64,000 nt of DNA from the human T2T-CHM13v2.0 reference genome, Homo sapiens, in NCBI RefSeq assembly GCF_009914755.1, contig NC_060936.1, one strand, 5' to 3'. Position numbers and translations under genes: made by a program. Every line of letters starts with the position of its first letter. The first letter of the stretch is position 1. The notes under the pieces were generated by a model. The model was not told the origin of the DNA and made no database searches. It worked only from the letters and a program-made list of their open reading frames with translations. Below are positions 13,601-27,862 of the stretch, piece after piece.

Positions 13601-15739
13601 CATTAATATTTATCGTGACAATGGTATCAAAGAACATCAATCCGTATCATGTGATTGCTTTTACTGGGAGCTTTGAAAAAAAGTTCAAGGGTTCCTAATG
13701 GTCAATCATGAGCTGCCTTGAAGTAGGATCAAAATAAGATTTTCATTAAAGACCTGTATTATCCCAGGATGTATATTATGTATCGCTGTTTTCAGAGTGT
13801 GGGTGAATATAGCAGAAATATTACAGCGGAAGTGACAAATTTACAACTTTTATTATAGAAAGAAGGTGTTTCTGGCAATGTAATCTTTACTGCTCTCAAT
13901 TAAAAATAATTTTGAGGCCTGAATGATAATCCCTTGAGGACAAATCCAACATGTGCTGGTTTATTCTGTTAATTCCCATTTATTTGCCTACTTCATTTTT
14001 CTTGCACCTCTTAGAATCTAACTATGAATTGAAAACACTTAAGTAATTCTGTTTAATCAAGGGATTTACACTACAAAAGAATGCTGGCTTTTTTTATGTT
14101 GTATTCCTTAGTTGAGTTTTAGAAGGAATGCTTGATGAAACATTTTAAAATAAGTCATGACATGTTAGCTTGAGAATGTATTTTCATAATTGTATACTTG
14201 TTTTTAACTTTAAATGTAATTTTTAATCAGGTAAAGTTTGACACATGTATAGCTACATACACACATTTTTAATGGTGCTCATATATACTGTATTTTTTGT
14301 TGTTTAGTTTTACTTATTGAGAGTGTCACAACATGAATCACATAATCATGATTTTTTTTTTTTACTTTTACTCCCCAAATTATTCATGTTTCTTAGATCG
14401 TAGTCATTGAGAAGTCCCAATAACTCTAAACTTTTGAGTTATAACGTAGTAAACTTCTCTTTCATCTTTGTGTTAGCTCTGTAGTCTTAACCTGGATTTT
14501 AATTTTTTTGTTTCCAAAGTCACAATTGAATTATTCTTAGATACCTTAAGCCACTGAATTCAGTTCTGTTTGACTGAAAGCAAAACAACGTGACAGTTTA
14601 TTTTCAAACACTAACTTCTTGATATTTTGTTATGGTATATCTTTTTATTAAATATTTATTTTGACTAAGCTTTCATAAAATATTTGAAGCTATTTTAATC
14701 ATCAAGTATGGAAAACAAATTACTATTGCATTTTCCTATATATGCATATATTATGGATTAACCAGAATTGTATCATTTTTGGCCTAATGTCTGGATATAA
14801 AAGATAATTAGCCTACTATAGTATTAATAAATTTTTCAGTTGGTTTGGGCAAATTTAAACCTGAAAAATAGGTTAAAAAGTAGTTACAAATTAAACTTAC
14901 TAATTTATACCTGATTTTTTTTCTTGAATTAAAGTACATTTTAAATGAGCTTTATAATACCTTAAAAAGTTGGTTCTAATTTAAAATATGAAAGCTCTGG
15001 CTATCATCCTGGGATAGTAATTTCTAATTATATAGTATTTCAAAACTATATATTTTTTAGTTCCTTTGAGATAACTAATTTCTAATTATATATGTTTCAA
15101 AAACCATATCCTGTATTTTTTTTAAGAATTGTTTTATAAATAGGTCATAAGATACAAGGTCTGCATTAGAAGACCCACTCTTACTAGGTTCCCTAAGGAT
15201 CTGCCATAGATTTTTTTTTTTTTTTTTTTTTTTTTAGGTAGTTTAAAGCAAGCACTGATACCAGTGGGAGTTGGTCTTGATCTAGGAGATTCTGTTAAGC
15301 ATCCAAAAACAATGCCTAATTTCAGTTCTTAGGTTATGGCTTGTGACTCCAGATAAAAGATGGAGAATACCTCATGTACTGTGACTTGAAAATGAATTCT
15401 TAAAATTCTTAGGCTCTCTCCATGTATCTTTCTTAAGGAAAAGTTTCTGAGTGTGATCTCTCTTTTGCCATAGTATCAAGTGGAGGGTAGTTCAGAAAAG
15501 TTAATAGGAAATCTTTTGTGACAGCAGACTATAATAGAAGTTTGAGTAATATTTTAATAAATTTATATAATTCAAATGATAAAAATGTATCAATGTTATC
15601 CAATGATTTTTATTAAAAAATTACCTTATTATTAGAACTGTGCCTATTACATAAAAAGTGCTCATGTATTTGAATTTTAAATAATTTATTTAAATCAAGA
15701 CCACCATAAGTCATTAATAATTTAATAATTGTTTTAAAT

Positions 15740-15903
15740 CAGTGGTTTTCAACCCTCACTTCATATTAGAATCATCTGAGGACTTTTAATATGGAATCCA
15801 CCTCATAACAATTAAGTCTAAATTTCTGGAAGATGGAGCCATGCTTGTTTTTCCAAAAGCTCTTTGAGTGATTCTAATTTGTAGTCAGAGTTGAAGACCA
15901 CTG
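15740..15903. mobile_element. MER5-type hAT MITE within the 3' UTR
   Basis: TIRs CAGTGGTT...GACCACTG; degenerate 8-bp TSD ttttaaat/ctctaaat. Confidence 0.75.
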
Positions 15904-17164
15904 CTCTAAATTAGTGCAGGAAAATGCTTTTATTTCTCCCATGTTAACTTTTAAAACTAGTAATGTACCCAGTTAAGTTTTGATGGTTTAAATTCCACTA
16001 AAGAACATATTCTTCTAATAACTAGCATTTATTACATGAAATTTAAGAGTTTAAGTTCCATCAAACTAGCCCTTGTGTAAGATTATTATTTCTTCTCTAT
16101 AACTTCAAAATAGATATTTCATTCAAACTGTTCAGGTGAGAAAACATAATGGATTTTTTTTTTTTTCCTCTGGAGCTGCCTGTTCAGTGAGATGGAGGAG
16201 GTGGGCACATTTAAGGTCAGTTCACTAACCTATGGTTCAGAGTTCTGATCATATGGAAGTTTGGAAAAGAGAGCTTATCACAGGTTTGTATGCTGGTGAA
16301 TGGATAGTTTTAATTCTCACTGTCTCAAAAGAGAATCAGCTCTCCAGCAGTTCTAGAAAAGCTTTGACAATCCCCAAGGGGCAGTGTTACCTTACTCCTT
16401 CACTGCTTCTTAGAAGGTAGAATTAAGTTTCTGGAATTGCACCTACATGTTTTCTTATTAACATTCAGAATTGGGAATATTAATTTTTCCAGTGAGTAGT
16501 TTTCTGAAATTGGTAACTTGGAGAGTAAAATAACGTATTTTGCTTTTCAATTTTGTGTTTGTTTACTTTTATGTAAAAATTTGATATGTGAATTACACAG
16601 TTCTAATAAAACCTCATGCCTTTTCATTACATCTAATTTGAACTCTCAACTTCATGTTACAGAATGCTTTAAAGATGCTTTAATGAAAAGTATTAAGAAA
16701 ATATATAGATTTGTATGTCAGTTTATACTTCAGAAATCCATATATTTGTCATATTTATTTTTTTAGAAACCTCCTAATTGGATAACTAGATGGTATTTAA
16801 AATGAATGCCCAAAAATATCTTGTACCTTTGTCCAAAAGTTTATCTGTTGGAAGCCGCCAGCCATTCATGTAGAGAGTTTATAAGAAAATAATTTAAAAT
16901 TGTATGCATTTTATATTACTATGGTATCTGTGTACCATATTTCTAAGTATTCATTATTAAATTGGTACTTCTTAAAACCATAACCTGGCTTGCCTTTTAG
17001 TGTTAAAAAAAATACAACATTGTATATAGAGATTTCTTCTTTTATGAAGAAGAGCTGACGTAATTTATTAGCAGTGATCTGAGAAAGACATTAAATAAGT
17101 TTCTGAGAGTGATACATTTTCAAACATGAAGAGTGACAACCACCAAATTAAGAAAAGGAAACAA

Positions 17165-17410
17165 CTCAGACTTGGAATTTTATACGAATTTCATTTCTAT
17201 ATGTGCCTGGTATTGCCTCTGGCATAACTTAGAGGAAATTGTTCTACCTATATGTCCTCAGTTTCTTCATCTACAAGTTGGGAAAAACATTTTCCTCTTA
17301 AAATTGTGAAGAGGATTTATATATTTATATGATATATTGTATATATTAATATATTTAAATTGCTTAGAGTTTCTAGCACATAGCAAATAATAAATATTAG
17401 TTATTAGTAT
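17165..17410 (+). mobile_element. MIR within the 3' UTR
   Basis: ctcagtttcttcatct...ttgtgaagaggatt...gcttagagtttctagcacatag matches the MIR core and 3' part. Confidence 0.6.
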
Positions 17411-17818
17411 AAACATAAGGCTTAAAGTCTTGGATTTGATGCATATGACTTAATTTGTATTTGTGCTAGTAGCTGTAATGTCAGTGACAGGATAACAAGC
17501 AAATGATTAGAAATCTAATAGTAATGCTTGTTCCTTTGCTATCTATGCTAACAAGTACATAGATAGCCTAAGATAAATTATACTTAGGATGAAGCTAAAA
17601 TGCATAACTGAGACACCTTAAAATTGTACTACCTTGTGCTGTTCACTGCCATCAGGGAGGTAGCATAAAATGAAAGATAAAGTCTGAAGACTGGATCCAG
17701 GCAAATTCATGTTCTTTCTTTGTAACTCACTTTCTTCGTCAACATTTCTGTGACTCAATGGATAGCATATTTCCATCAAGTAGCACGTATAACGTGATGC
17801 TTTCATGTTTCTGCCTTA

Positions 17819-17824
17819 AATAAA
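17819..17824 (+). terminator. Distal poly(A) signal of TMTC3
   Basis: AATAAA followed by a CA/A-run at about 17833-17839 and U-rich downstream sequence. Confidence 0.65.
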
Positions 17825-18559
17825 ATAACCCTCAAAAAACCATTCTCGTTTGCCCTTTCTTAAAGACGCATGGTCAAAATTTTGTCTTTATTGCTTGCCT
17901 CCATGGTTTAGTTTCAAATATTGGGACCATACACTGACTAAACAAACCCATACTAAAGTATAAATGATGGGTGAATCTTATTAGCCATATCAAAGGTTAA
18001 GTCAAGTGAACCACTTTCTTTGTAAAGTTTCAGGCAGTAGAATGGGTTTCGTGGATGTGGCGTTTCTCTACCATTCTTGCTTTCTAACTAAATTAGGTCT
18101 CAAAAAGCTTGCTAACTGCAACAAACACTTCTGACCAGGTAACTGTTTTGGATTGGCCCTGACAGGCCAGGTTACTGACCTTTGAGAGTGGGATTGAGTA
18201 ACCAGATTGTTAGCAGAATCAGATCTAGTTTTAACAGTGATGTGTGTAAAAGTCCTGGGCAGTGGACAGCATGGAAATTTTTAACATGATTTCCTTTATG
18301 ACTATTTGCTTCAGTGATCTATAGTTTTCATTGCAGGCTTCTTTTTCTCTGCCTATCACTTAAATACTAGTGAATACTAGTGTTCTTTTTCCACTCTTCT
18401 TTTTCTCTTTCTGTGGAGCAGTAGTTTCAGCTGTATATATTCCAGATCTCTAGCCCAGATTTTCTCCAAGCCCCGGAACTGTGAACCCAATGGTTTACTA
18501 AGCATCATATTCTCAGGCATTCATTGCCCCCAACCTCTTCCAAATGCACGGCCAGTGGA

Positions 18560-19930
<1,371 letters not shown>

Positions 19931-19932
19931 AC

Positions 19933-20279
<347 letters not shown>

Positions 20280-20823
20280 TCAAACCATGAAAATTAAAAT
20301 CCAGAGAAAAGAGTCCTTCCAAGGAGAGCCATTCGCCATTTCCAGCTAATTTCTTCTTTTGGAGCATTTCCAAATTCTGCATATGGAATGAAACTTTGGA
20401 TTGTCCTGAGCAGAGGAAACTTACCAGGAGAAAGAGAAACTGGCAGAACTTTGGGTAATCACGTGGGAATGGCATTATATATTGAAAACTAGAAGAGACC
20501 AAACACAAGGCTGGTTCATCCCATGAGCTATATACTGAGTTCTCCATTGACACAGGAGATTGTTGGCCTTGACTGTAAAAGTACAGTAAAATCTCCCATA
20601 TTTTTGCCTTGCTATGGTGACAAAATCCTGTAGAGGGGAGCCTGCATCAAACCTAAAACTGATCTCTGTTGTACCCCATATACACTTATCTGATTTTGAG
20701 TTACATATCCAAAAATGCAGAAAAATATGACTAATAAGACAAAAATAGCAGCAGACATACCAATTATCCGAATAAATACTAAGGTTACCAAATACTTTAA
20801 AATAACTATAGTAAAAAGAAAAG

Positions 20824-23800
20824 ACTATTAGGGCATTCTTGCATTGGTGTGGAAAAAAAAAACAGACTGAGTAATTTATTTTAAAAGAGAGGTTTAATTG
20901 GCTCACAATGTATAAGCATGGTGCTGGCATCTGCTTGGCTTCTATGGAGGGCTCAGGGAGCTTTTACTTATGGTAGAAGGTGAAGCAGGAGCAGGCACAC
21001 CATATGGCAAGAGCAGGAGCAATAGGAGTGGGGGAAGCACCACACACTTTTTAAACAACTAAATCTCATGATAACTCACTCACTAGTGAGGAGATCACCA
21101 AGTGGATGGTGCTAAACCATTAATAAGAAATTCACCTTTATGGTCCAGTCACCTCCCACATTAGAGATTACAGTTGAACATGAGATTTGGGGGGACAAAT
21201 ATCAAAATTATGTCAATCCATCCCTGGCCCCCCAAATTTCATGTTCTTCTCACATTGCTAAATATAATCATGCCTCCCCAATAGTCCGCAAAAGTCTTAA
21301 CTCATTCCAGCATTAACTCAAAATTTCCAGGTCAAGTCCCTTCTACCTATGAGCCTGTAAAATCAAAACAAATTATTTACTTCCAAGATACAATGGAGAT
21401 ACAGACATTGGGTAAACATTCCCATTCCAAAAGGGAGAAAATGCCCAAAAGAAAGGAGCTACAGGCCCCTCACAACTGCGAAATCCAGCAGGCCCATCAT
21501 TAAATCATAAAACTCCAACATAATCTCCTTTGACTCCATGTCCCATATCCAGGGCACACTGATATGAGGGGTGGGCTCCCAAGACCTTGGGCACCTCTAC
21601 CCAATGGAGCTTTGCAGGATTTAGCCCCTGAGGCTGCTCTCATGGGTTGGAGTCAAGTGTCTGTGGCTTTCCAAATGAAGGGTGAAAGTCTCCAGTGGAT
21701 CAACCATGTTCAGGCCTGGAAGATACTGGTCTTCTTCCCTTCCCACAGTTTCACTAAGCAGTGTCCCAAGTGAAAATTCTGGGTGGGGCCTCCAACCCCA
21801 CATTTCCCCTCTGCACTACCTTAGTAGAAGTTCTCTGTGAGGGCTCCACCCATGCAGCAGGCATCTGCCAGGACCCCATGGTTTTCCATACTGATATGGT
21901 TTGTCTGGGAGGTAATTGAATCATGGGGGCAGGTCTGTCCTGTGCTGTTCTCATCACAGTGAATACATTTCATGAGACCTAATGATTATATAAGGAGAAG
22001 TTTCCCTAAACAAGCTCTCTTCTCTTGTCTGCCACCATGTGAGATGTGCCTTTCATCTCCCGCCATGATTGTGAGGCCTCCCCAGCCACGTGGAACTAAG
22101 TCCATTAAACCTCTTTCTTTTGTAAATTGCCCAGTCTCGAGTATGTCTTTATCAGCAGTGTGAAAACAGACTAATACAGTAAATTGGTACCAGTAGAGTG
22201 GGGTGCTGCTAAAAAGATACCCAAAGATGTGGAAACAACTTTGGAACTGAGTAACAGGCAGAGGTTGGAACAGTTTGGAGGGCTCAGAAGACAGGAAAAT
22301 GTGGGAAAGTTTGGAACTCCCTAGAGATTTGTTGAATGGCTTTGACCAAAATGCTGATAATGATATGAGCAATGAAATCCAGGCTGAAGTGGTCTCAGAT
22401 GGAGATGAGGAACTTGTTGGGAACTGGAGCAAAGGTGACTCTTGTTATGTTTTAGCAAAGAGACTGGAGGCATTTTTCCCCGGTCCTAGAGATCTGTGGA
22501 ACTTTGACGTTGAGAAAGATGATTTGGGGTATGTGGCAGAAGAAATTTCTAAGCAGCAAAGCATTCAAGAGGTGATTTGTGTGCTGTTAAAGGAATTTAG
22601 TTTTTAAAGTGAAAAAGAGCATACATGTTTGCAGAATTTGCAGCCTGACAGTGTAGTAGAAAAGAAAATCCCATTTTCTAAGGAGAAATTCAACCCAGCT
22701 GCAGAAATTTACATAAGTAACTAGAAGCCAAATTAATCCCCAAGACAATGTGGGAAATGTCTCCAGGGCATGTCAGAGGTCTTCATGGCAGCCCTTCCCA
22801 TCATGGACCTGAAGGTCTAGGGAAAAAAAAAATGGTTTAGTGGGCCAAGCCCAGAGTGTCTGTGCTGTGTGTAGCCTAGGGACTTGGTGTCCTGTGTTCC
22901 AGCCACTCCAGCCATGACTAAAAGGGACCAAGGTACAGCTCGGGCCATGGCTTCAGAGGCTACAAGCCCCAAGCCTTTGCAACTTTCACATGTTGTTCAG
23001 TCTGCAGGTACACAGAAGTCAAGAATTGAGGTTTGGGAACCTCTGAGTAGATTTCAGAAGATGTATGGAAACGCCTGGATGCCCAGGCAGGTTTGCTGCT
23101 GGGGCAGGGCCCTCATGGAGAACCTCTGCTAGGGCAGGACAGAAGGGAAATGTGGGGTTGGAGCCTCCACACAGAGTCCCTACTGGGGCACTGCCTAGTG
23201 GAGCTGTGAGAAGAGGGCCACCATCCTCCAGAACCCAGAATGGTAGATCTACCAACAGCTTGCATTGTGCACCTGAAAAAGCTGTGGACACTCAACACCA
23301 GCCCATGAAAGCAGCCAGGAAGGAGGCTGTACCCCAAAAAGCCACAGAGGCAGAGCTGCCCAGGACCATGAGAACCCATCTCTTGAATCAGTGTGACCTG
23401 CATGTGAGACATGGAGTCAAAGGATATCATTTTGGAGCTTTAAGATTTGACTGCCCTGCTGGATTTTGGACTTGCATGGGGCCTTTAGCCCCTTTGTTTT
23501 GGCCAATTTCTCCCATTTGGAATGGCTGTATTTACCCAATGCCTGCAGCCCCATTGTATCTAGGAAGTAACTAACTTGCTTTTGATTTTACAGGCTCATA
23601 GGTGGAAGACACTTGCCTTGTCACAGATAAGACTTTGGACTGCAGACTTTTGAGTTAATTCTGGAATGAGCTAAGACTTTGGAGGACTGTTGGGAGGGCA
23701 TGATTACTTTTGAAATGTGAGAACAAGAGATTTGGGAGGGGCCGGGTTGGAATGATATGGTTTTACTGTCTCCCCACCCAAATCTCATCTTGAATTCCCA

Positions 23801-25477
23801 AGTGTTGTGGGGGGGACCCTGTGGGAGGTAATTGAATCATGGGGGCAGGTTTTTCTTTTGCTGTTCTCATGATAGTGAATAAGTCTCATGAGATCTGATG
23901 ATTATACAAGGGGAGTTTCCCTGCACAAGCTCTCTTCTCTCGTCTGCTGCCATGTGAGATGTGCCTTTCACCTTCTGCCATGATTGTGAGGCCTCTCCCA
24001 CCACGTGGAACTGTAAGTCCATTAAACCTCTTTGTTTTGTAAATTGCCCAGTCTTGGGTATGTCTTCAGCAGCAACATGAAAACAGACTAATATATACAT
24101 TCTCTGAAATCTAGGTGGATACTGCCAAGCATCCTCCTCCCTTGCACTCTGCATGCTCACAGGCTTAAATTAACACCACGAGAAAGCTACTAAAGCTTAT
24201 GGCTTATGCCCTCCAGAGTGATGACTGGAGCTATGGCTAGGCTGCCTTGAGCTGTGGCTGGAGCTGGAGCAGCTGAGATGTGATGAGCAGTGCCCTGAAG
24301 CTGCACAGGACAGCAGGCCCTGGGCCTGTCCAGTAAACCATATCTTCCTCCTAGGCCTTTGGGCCTGTGATGGGAGGAGCTGCCTCATATATCTCTGAAA
24401 TGTCTGCAAGGCCTTTTTGGCTTTGATGGCTACAAGCACCATTTTCTTGGCTACCAGCACCTGGTTGTATTTTAGTCCTGCAAATCTCTCTAGCAAGTGG
24501 TTGCTCCTCAGCCCACTTGTATTACTCCTCTGATAATGCTTTTTCCTTCTCTGCCACATGTCCAGGCTGCAAATTTTCAAAACTTTTATGCTCTGCTCCC
24601 CCTGTAAATGTAACTTCCAACTCTTAAGCCATTTCTTGGCTCCCTTATCTGAGCTTATTAGAAGCAACCAGGTCAATCTCAAACACATTGCTGTGTAGAA
24701 ATTTCTTCTACCAGATACCCTAAATCCTCAATCTTAAGTCCAAACTTCCACAGATTCCTAGGCCATGAATGCAATGCAGTCAAACTCTTTGCTAAGGCAT
24801 AACATGTGCGACCTTTGCCCCATTTCCCAATAAGTTCCTCATTTCCATCTGAGACTTTGTCAGCCTGAACTTCACAGTTCATATCACTATAAGCATTTTT
24901 TGTCACAGCCATTTAACCAGTCTCTAGGAGGTTCTAAACTTTTCCCCCATCTTCCTGTCTTCTTCTGAGTCCTCCAAACACTGTTTGTTACCCAGTTCCA
25001 AAGTTGCCTCCACATTTTCAAGTATCTTTACAGCAATGTTCTGCTCCTCAGTACCAATGTTCTGTATTAGGCCATTCTTACATTGCTATTAGCAATACCT
25101 GAGACTTGGGTAATTTATTTTAAAAATAGGTTTAATTGGCTCATGGTTCCTCAGGCTGTGCAAACATGGTGGTGGCATCTCCTTGGCTTCTGTGGAGGCC
25201 TCAGGGGACTTTTACTCATGATGGAAAGTGAAGCAGGAACAGGCATGTCACATGGTGACAGTAGGAGCAAGAAAGGGGGAGAAGCGCCAGGCATTTTTAA
25301 CATTCAGATCTCATGAGAACTCACTCACTCTCATGAGGAGAGCACCAAGGGGACTGTGCTAAAACTTTCATGAGAAATCCATCCCCTAGACCCAATCACC
25401 TTCCACCAGGCCCACCTCCAACATTGGGAATAATATTTCAACATGAGATATGGGGAACAAATATCCAAACTATATTA
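20824..25477 (-). mobile_element. Full-length MST (MSTB-like) MaLR: LTRs 20824-21215 and 25063-25477; internal region split by a THE1B
   Basis: Both LTRs read (tg)tattagg...tat(g/a)t(c/t)a on the + strand with MST-int between them. L1M ORF1-like sequence continues on both flanks. Confidence 0.8.
21892..24095 (+). mobile_element. Full-length THE1 (THE1B-like) MaLR: LTRs 21892-22178 and 23753-24095
   Basis: TGATATGG...CTAATACA termini and THE1-int. Removing it restores the host MST-int sequence gttttccatac|attctctgaaatctagg; TSD about catac. Confidence 0.88.
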
Positions 25478-27393
25478 TAAAACATGAACAAAATGGATTG
25501 AAATATATAGAATTTTAGTATAGAATTGAAATCTATAGGAATGAATCAAATGTACTATTCTTGAACTGAAAAACATATGAAATTAGGCTGACTTAACAGA
25601 AGCCTGGACAGAGCAAAAAATAGAATTAGTAAACTCAAAAACACACCTATATAAACTCAACCAGCTGAAACATAAAGAGAAGAAACATAAAGAAAAGAAC
25701 AGAATGTAAAACACACATGTGATAAGTAAAATAGGGTAACACTCATTTAAATGAAGTCCCAGAAGAAGAGAATAAGGCAAAAGCAGTATTTGGGTCAAAG
25801 GAGGGGCTTCAAGATTGCTGACTGGTAGCATTTCATGCTCACCTCCTCCACTTAGAAGACCAAAATGGTATATAGTCAGACTTCAAATACAGCATCCAAG
25901 AAAAAGCTCTGGAATTCAACAGAGAAGTGACAGGAAACACCAAAAGCAAGGAAGAAGGAAAGGAGGTAGCCTGCTTAGCCCAGATTAGCCGGGAGTAACT
26001 TCCCAACTCAAAGGGTGAGTGAGAGATTTCCAGCAGCCCACATCCCCACCGCAGAATAGTAAAATCCTGGCCACAGAATAGTCTCTTGACCCTCCCTATC
26101 CCTGAAACTAACATAGGGAGCTGCCAGGAGATGACTGTAGAATAGGATTGCTCCAGGGAGGGATTTCACACTGAGTACCACAACCTTTCTGTGACCTAAG
26201 CAGCTACAGCAAGGTGCCATTTTAAAACCTAGCATTTGGTAGACTGCACACTCTCCTGGGACAGCATACCGGGAATGAGGTGTTAGGGAAATTTAGGTTG
26301 TTGCTGCTGAGACTAGGGCATGATCTGGGAGTGCTTCTGCAGCCAGGGCTGAGAAGTGAGCAAGGGGTTGGCTGTAGCTGCTGGTGCCAGAAGTGAGTGC
26401 TTCCAGGACTGAGACTGTGATGCAATTTGGTGTGAGCTGCCGCTGAGACTTAGTCACAAGATGGATGTGGGTTTCTGCAGCCAGGGCTAGGGTGCAAGCT
26501 TAACAGGAGCTGCCAGCCCCAGGGTTCAAGGGGTGAGCCCCTCTGGGAATGGGGCATGAGAGAGATGCATTTTTCTCACCTTGAGGCCCAGGCTGTGGCC
26601 ATCAAGGCCAACCACACCCTCTCTAGCATTTGCATGGTAGTGACTGCCTCCTCACTCAAACACTCCAGGAAGGGCCTGAGGATCATCAGGCCCCCACCAA
26701 CTACAACGGGTGCCTGCTCTAACTATTGGGGGGACCTGAACACAAGCCCACCCAGCCCACATTCACCCCACCTCTGAGACAGAGCACATAGCCTGGGGTC
26801 CTGGAGATTGCACAATCCAATCCACCAACTTGGGCATCTGAGCACTTCTCCCAGGAACTGGAGGATGGGCCTAAACTCCTGACCACTATCACTTCAGCTG
26901 TCACCTACCTGCAAATGCCACCTGCAGGCCTGGAGATGGGCCTGTGCAGCTCATTGCAGCCAACACCAACATCAATGCACACCATTCTGGATGCAGAGAA
27001 TCATCCTACCACTGCTACTGTCATTGCTCATGCCACATTGGATGCCTCGGTGCCCAAGAACCTATCCACCTGCCCAGTCAACCACTGTCACTACAAGCAT
27101 CTGAGAAAGACACCTGGAAGCCAAAGAATCAGCCTGCCAGTAACCACCAACACAGGTGCCAGCATATGCCACCTTGGGGCACAAAGTTAATCATGCTCAG
27201 ACCACCACTGCCACCACTAGGGCCTGAAGACTGGCACAACTGGCATCCCAGTACCCAGGACAACTTCCACTAATAACTGCACCCTAAAAAACTGAGAAAA
27301 ATCACAGACACCACTAATGCCCTTTGCAGCCAAAGAAAACATTCAGAGACTACACTAATACATGCACTTAAGATCAAAACCAAAGTGCCTTAC

Positions 27394-27769
27394 TGTATTA
27401 GTCTGTTTTCACTTTGCTACAAATACCTGAGGCAGGGTAATTTATAAAGACAAGAGGTTTAATTGGCTTACAGTTCTACAGGTTGTACAGGAAATGTGCT
27501 GCCAGCATCTGCTCAGCTTCTGATGAAGCCTCAGAAAGATTTTAGTAATGGTAAAAGGTAATACGTGAGCAGGCACATCACATGGCAAGAGCAGAAGCAA
27601 GAGAGAGAGGGGGAAGTGCCACACTTTTTTAAACAACCAGATCTCTCGTGAACTCAGAGCAATAACTCATTCATTGTAGCAAGGGTAGCACCAAGTCATT
27701 CCCACCTCCAACACTGGGAATTACATTTTAATATGAGATTTGGAGAGGACAAGCAACCAAACTATATCA
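27394..27769 (-). mobile_element. MST solo LTR
   Basis: tgtattagtc...ctatatca; TSD cttac/cctac. Confidence 0.85.
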
Positions 27770-27862
27770 CCTACCTAACCAACATCATAGGATACAGGGC
27801 AGGAAAACATCCTCCTCCTATACACTAGTAAACTCAAATTTGCAAGAAGCAACTATTACACC

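Larger units (their letters stand above)
13601..17840 (+). other. TMTC3: TMTC3 long AU-rich 3' UTR
   Basis: Mostly unique AT-rich sequence after the stop codon, ending just after AATAAA at 17819-17824. The length fits the recalled ~7 kb mRNA; the exact end is inferred. Confidence 0.7.

Noticed and set aside
22275-23574. 110-169 aa ORFs in THE1-int
   Set aside because: Fragments of the degenerate MaLR internal ORF, broken by stops and frameshifts.
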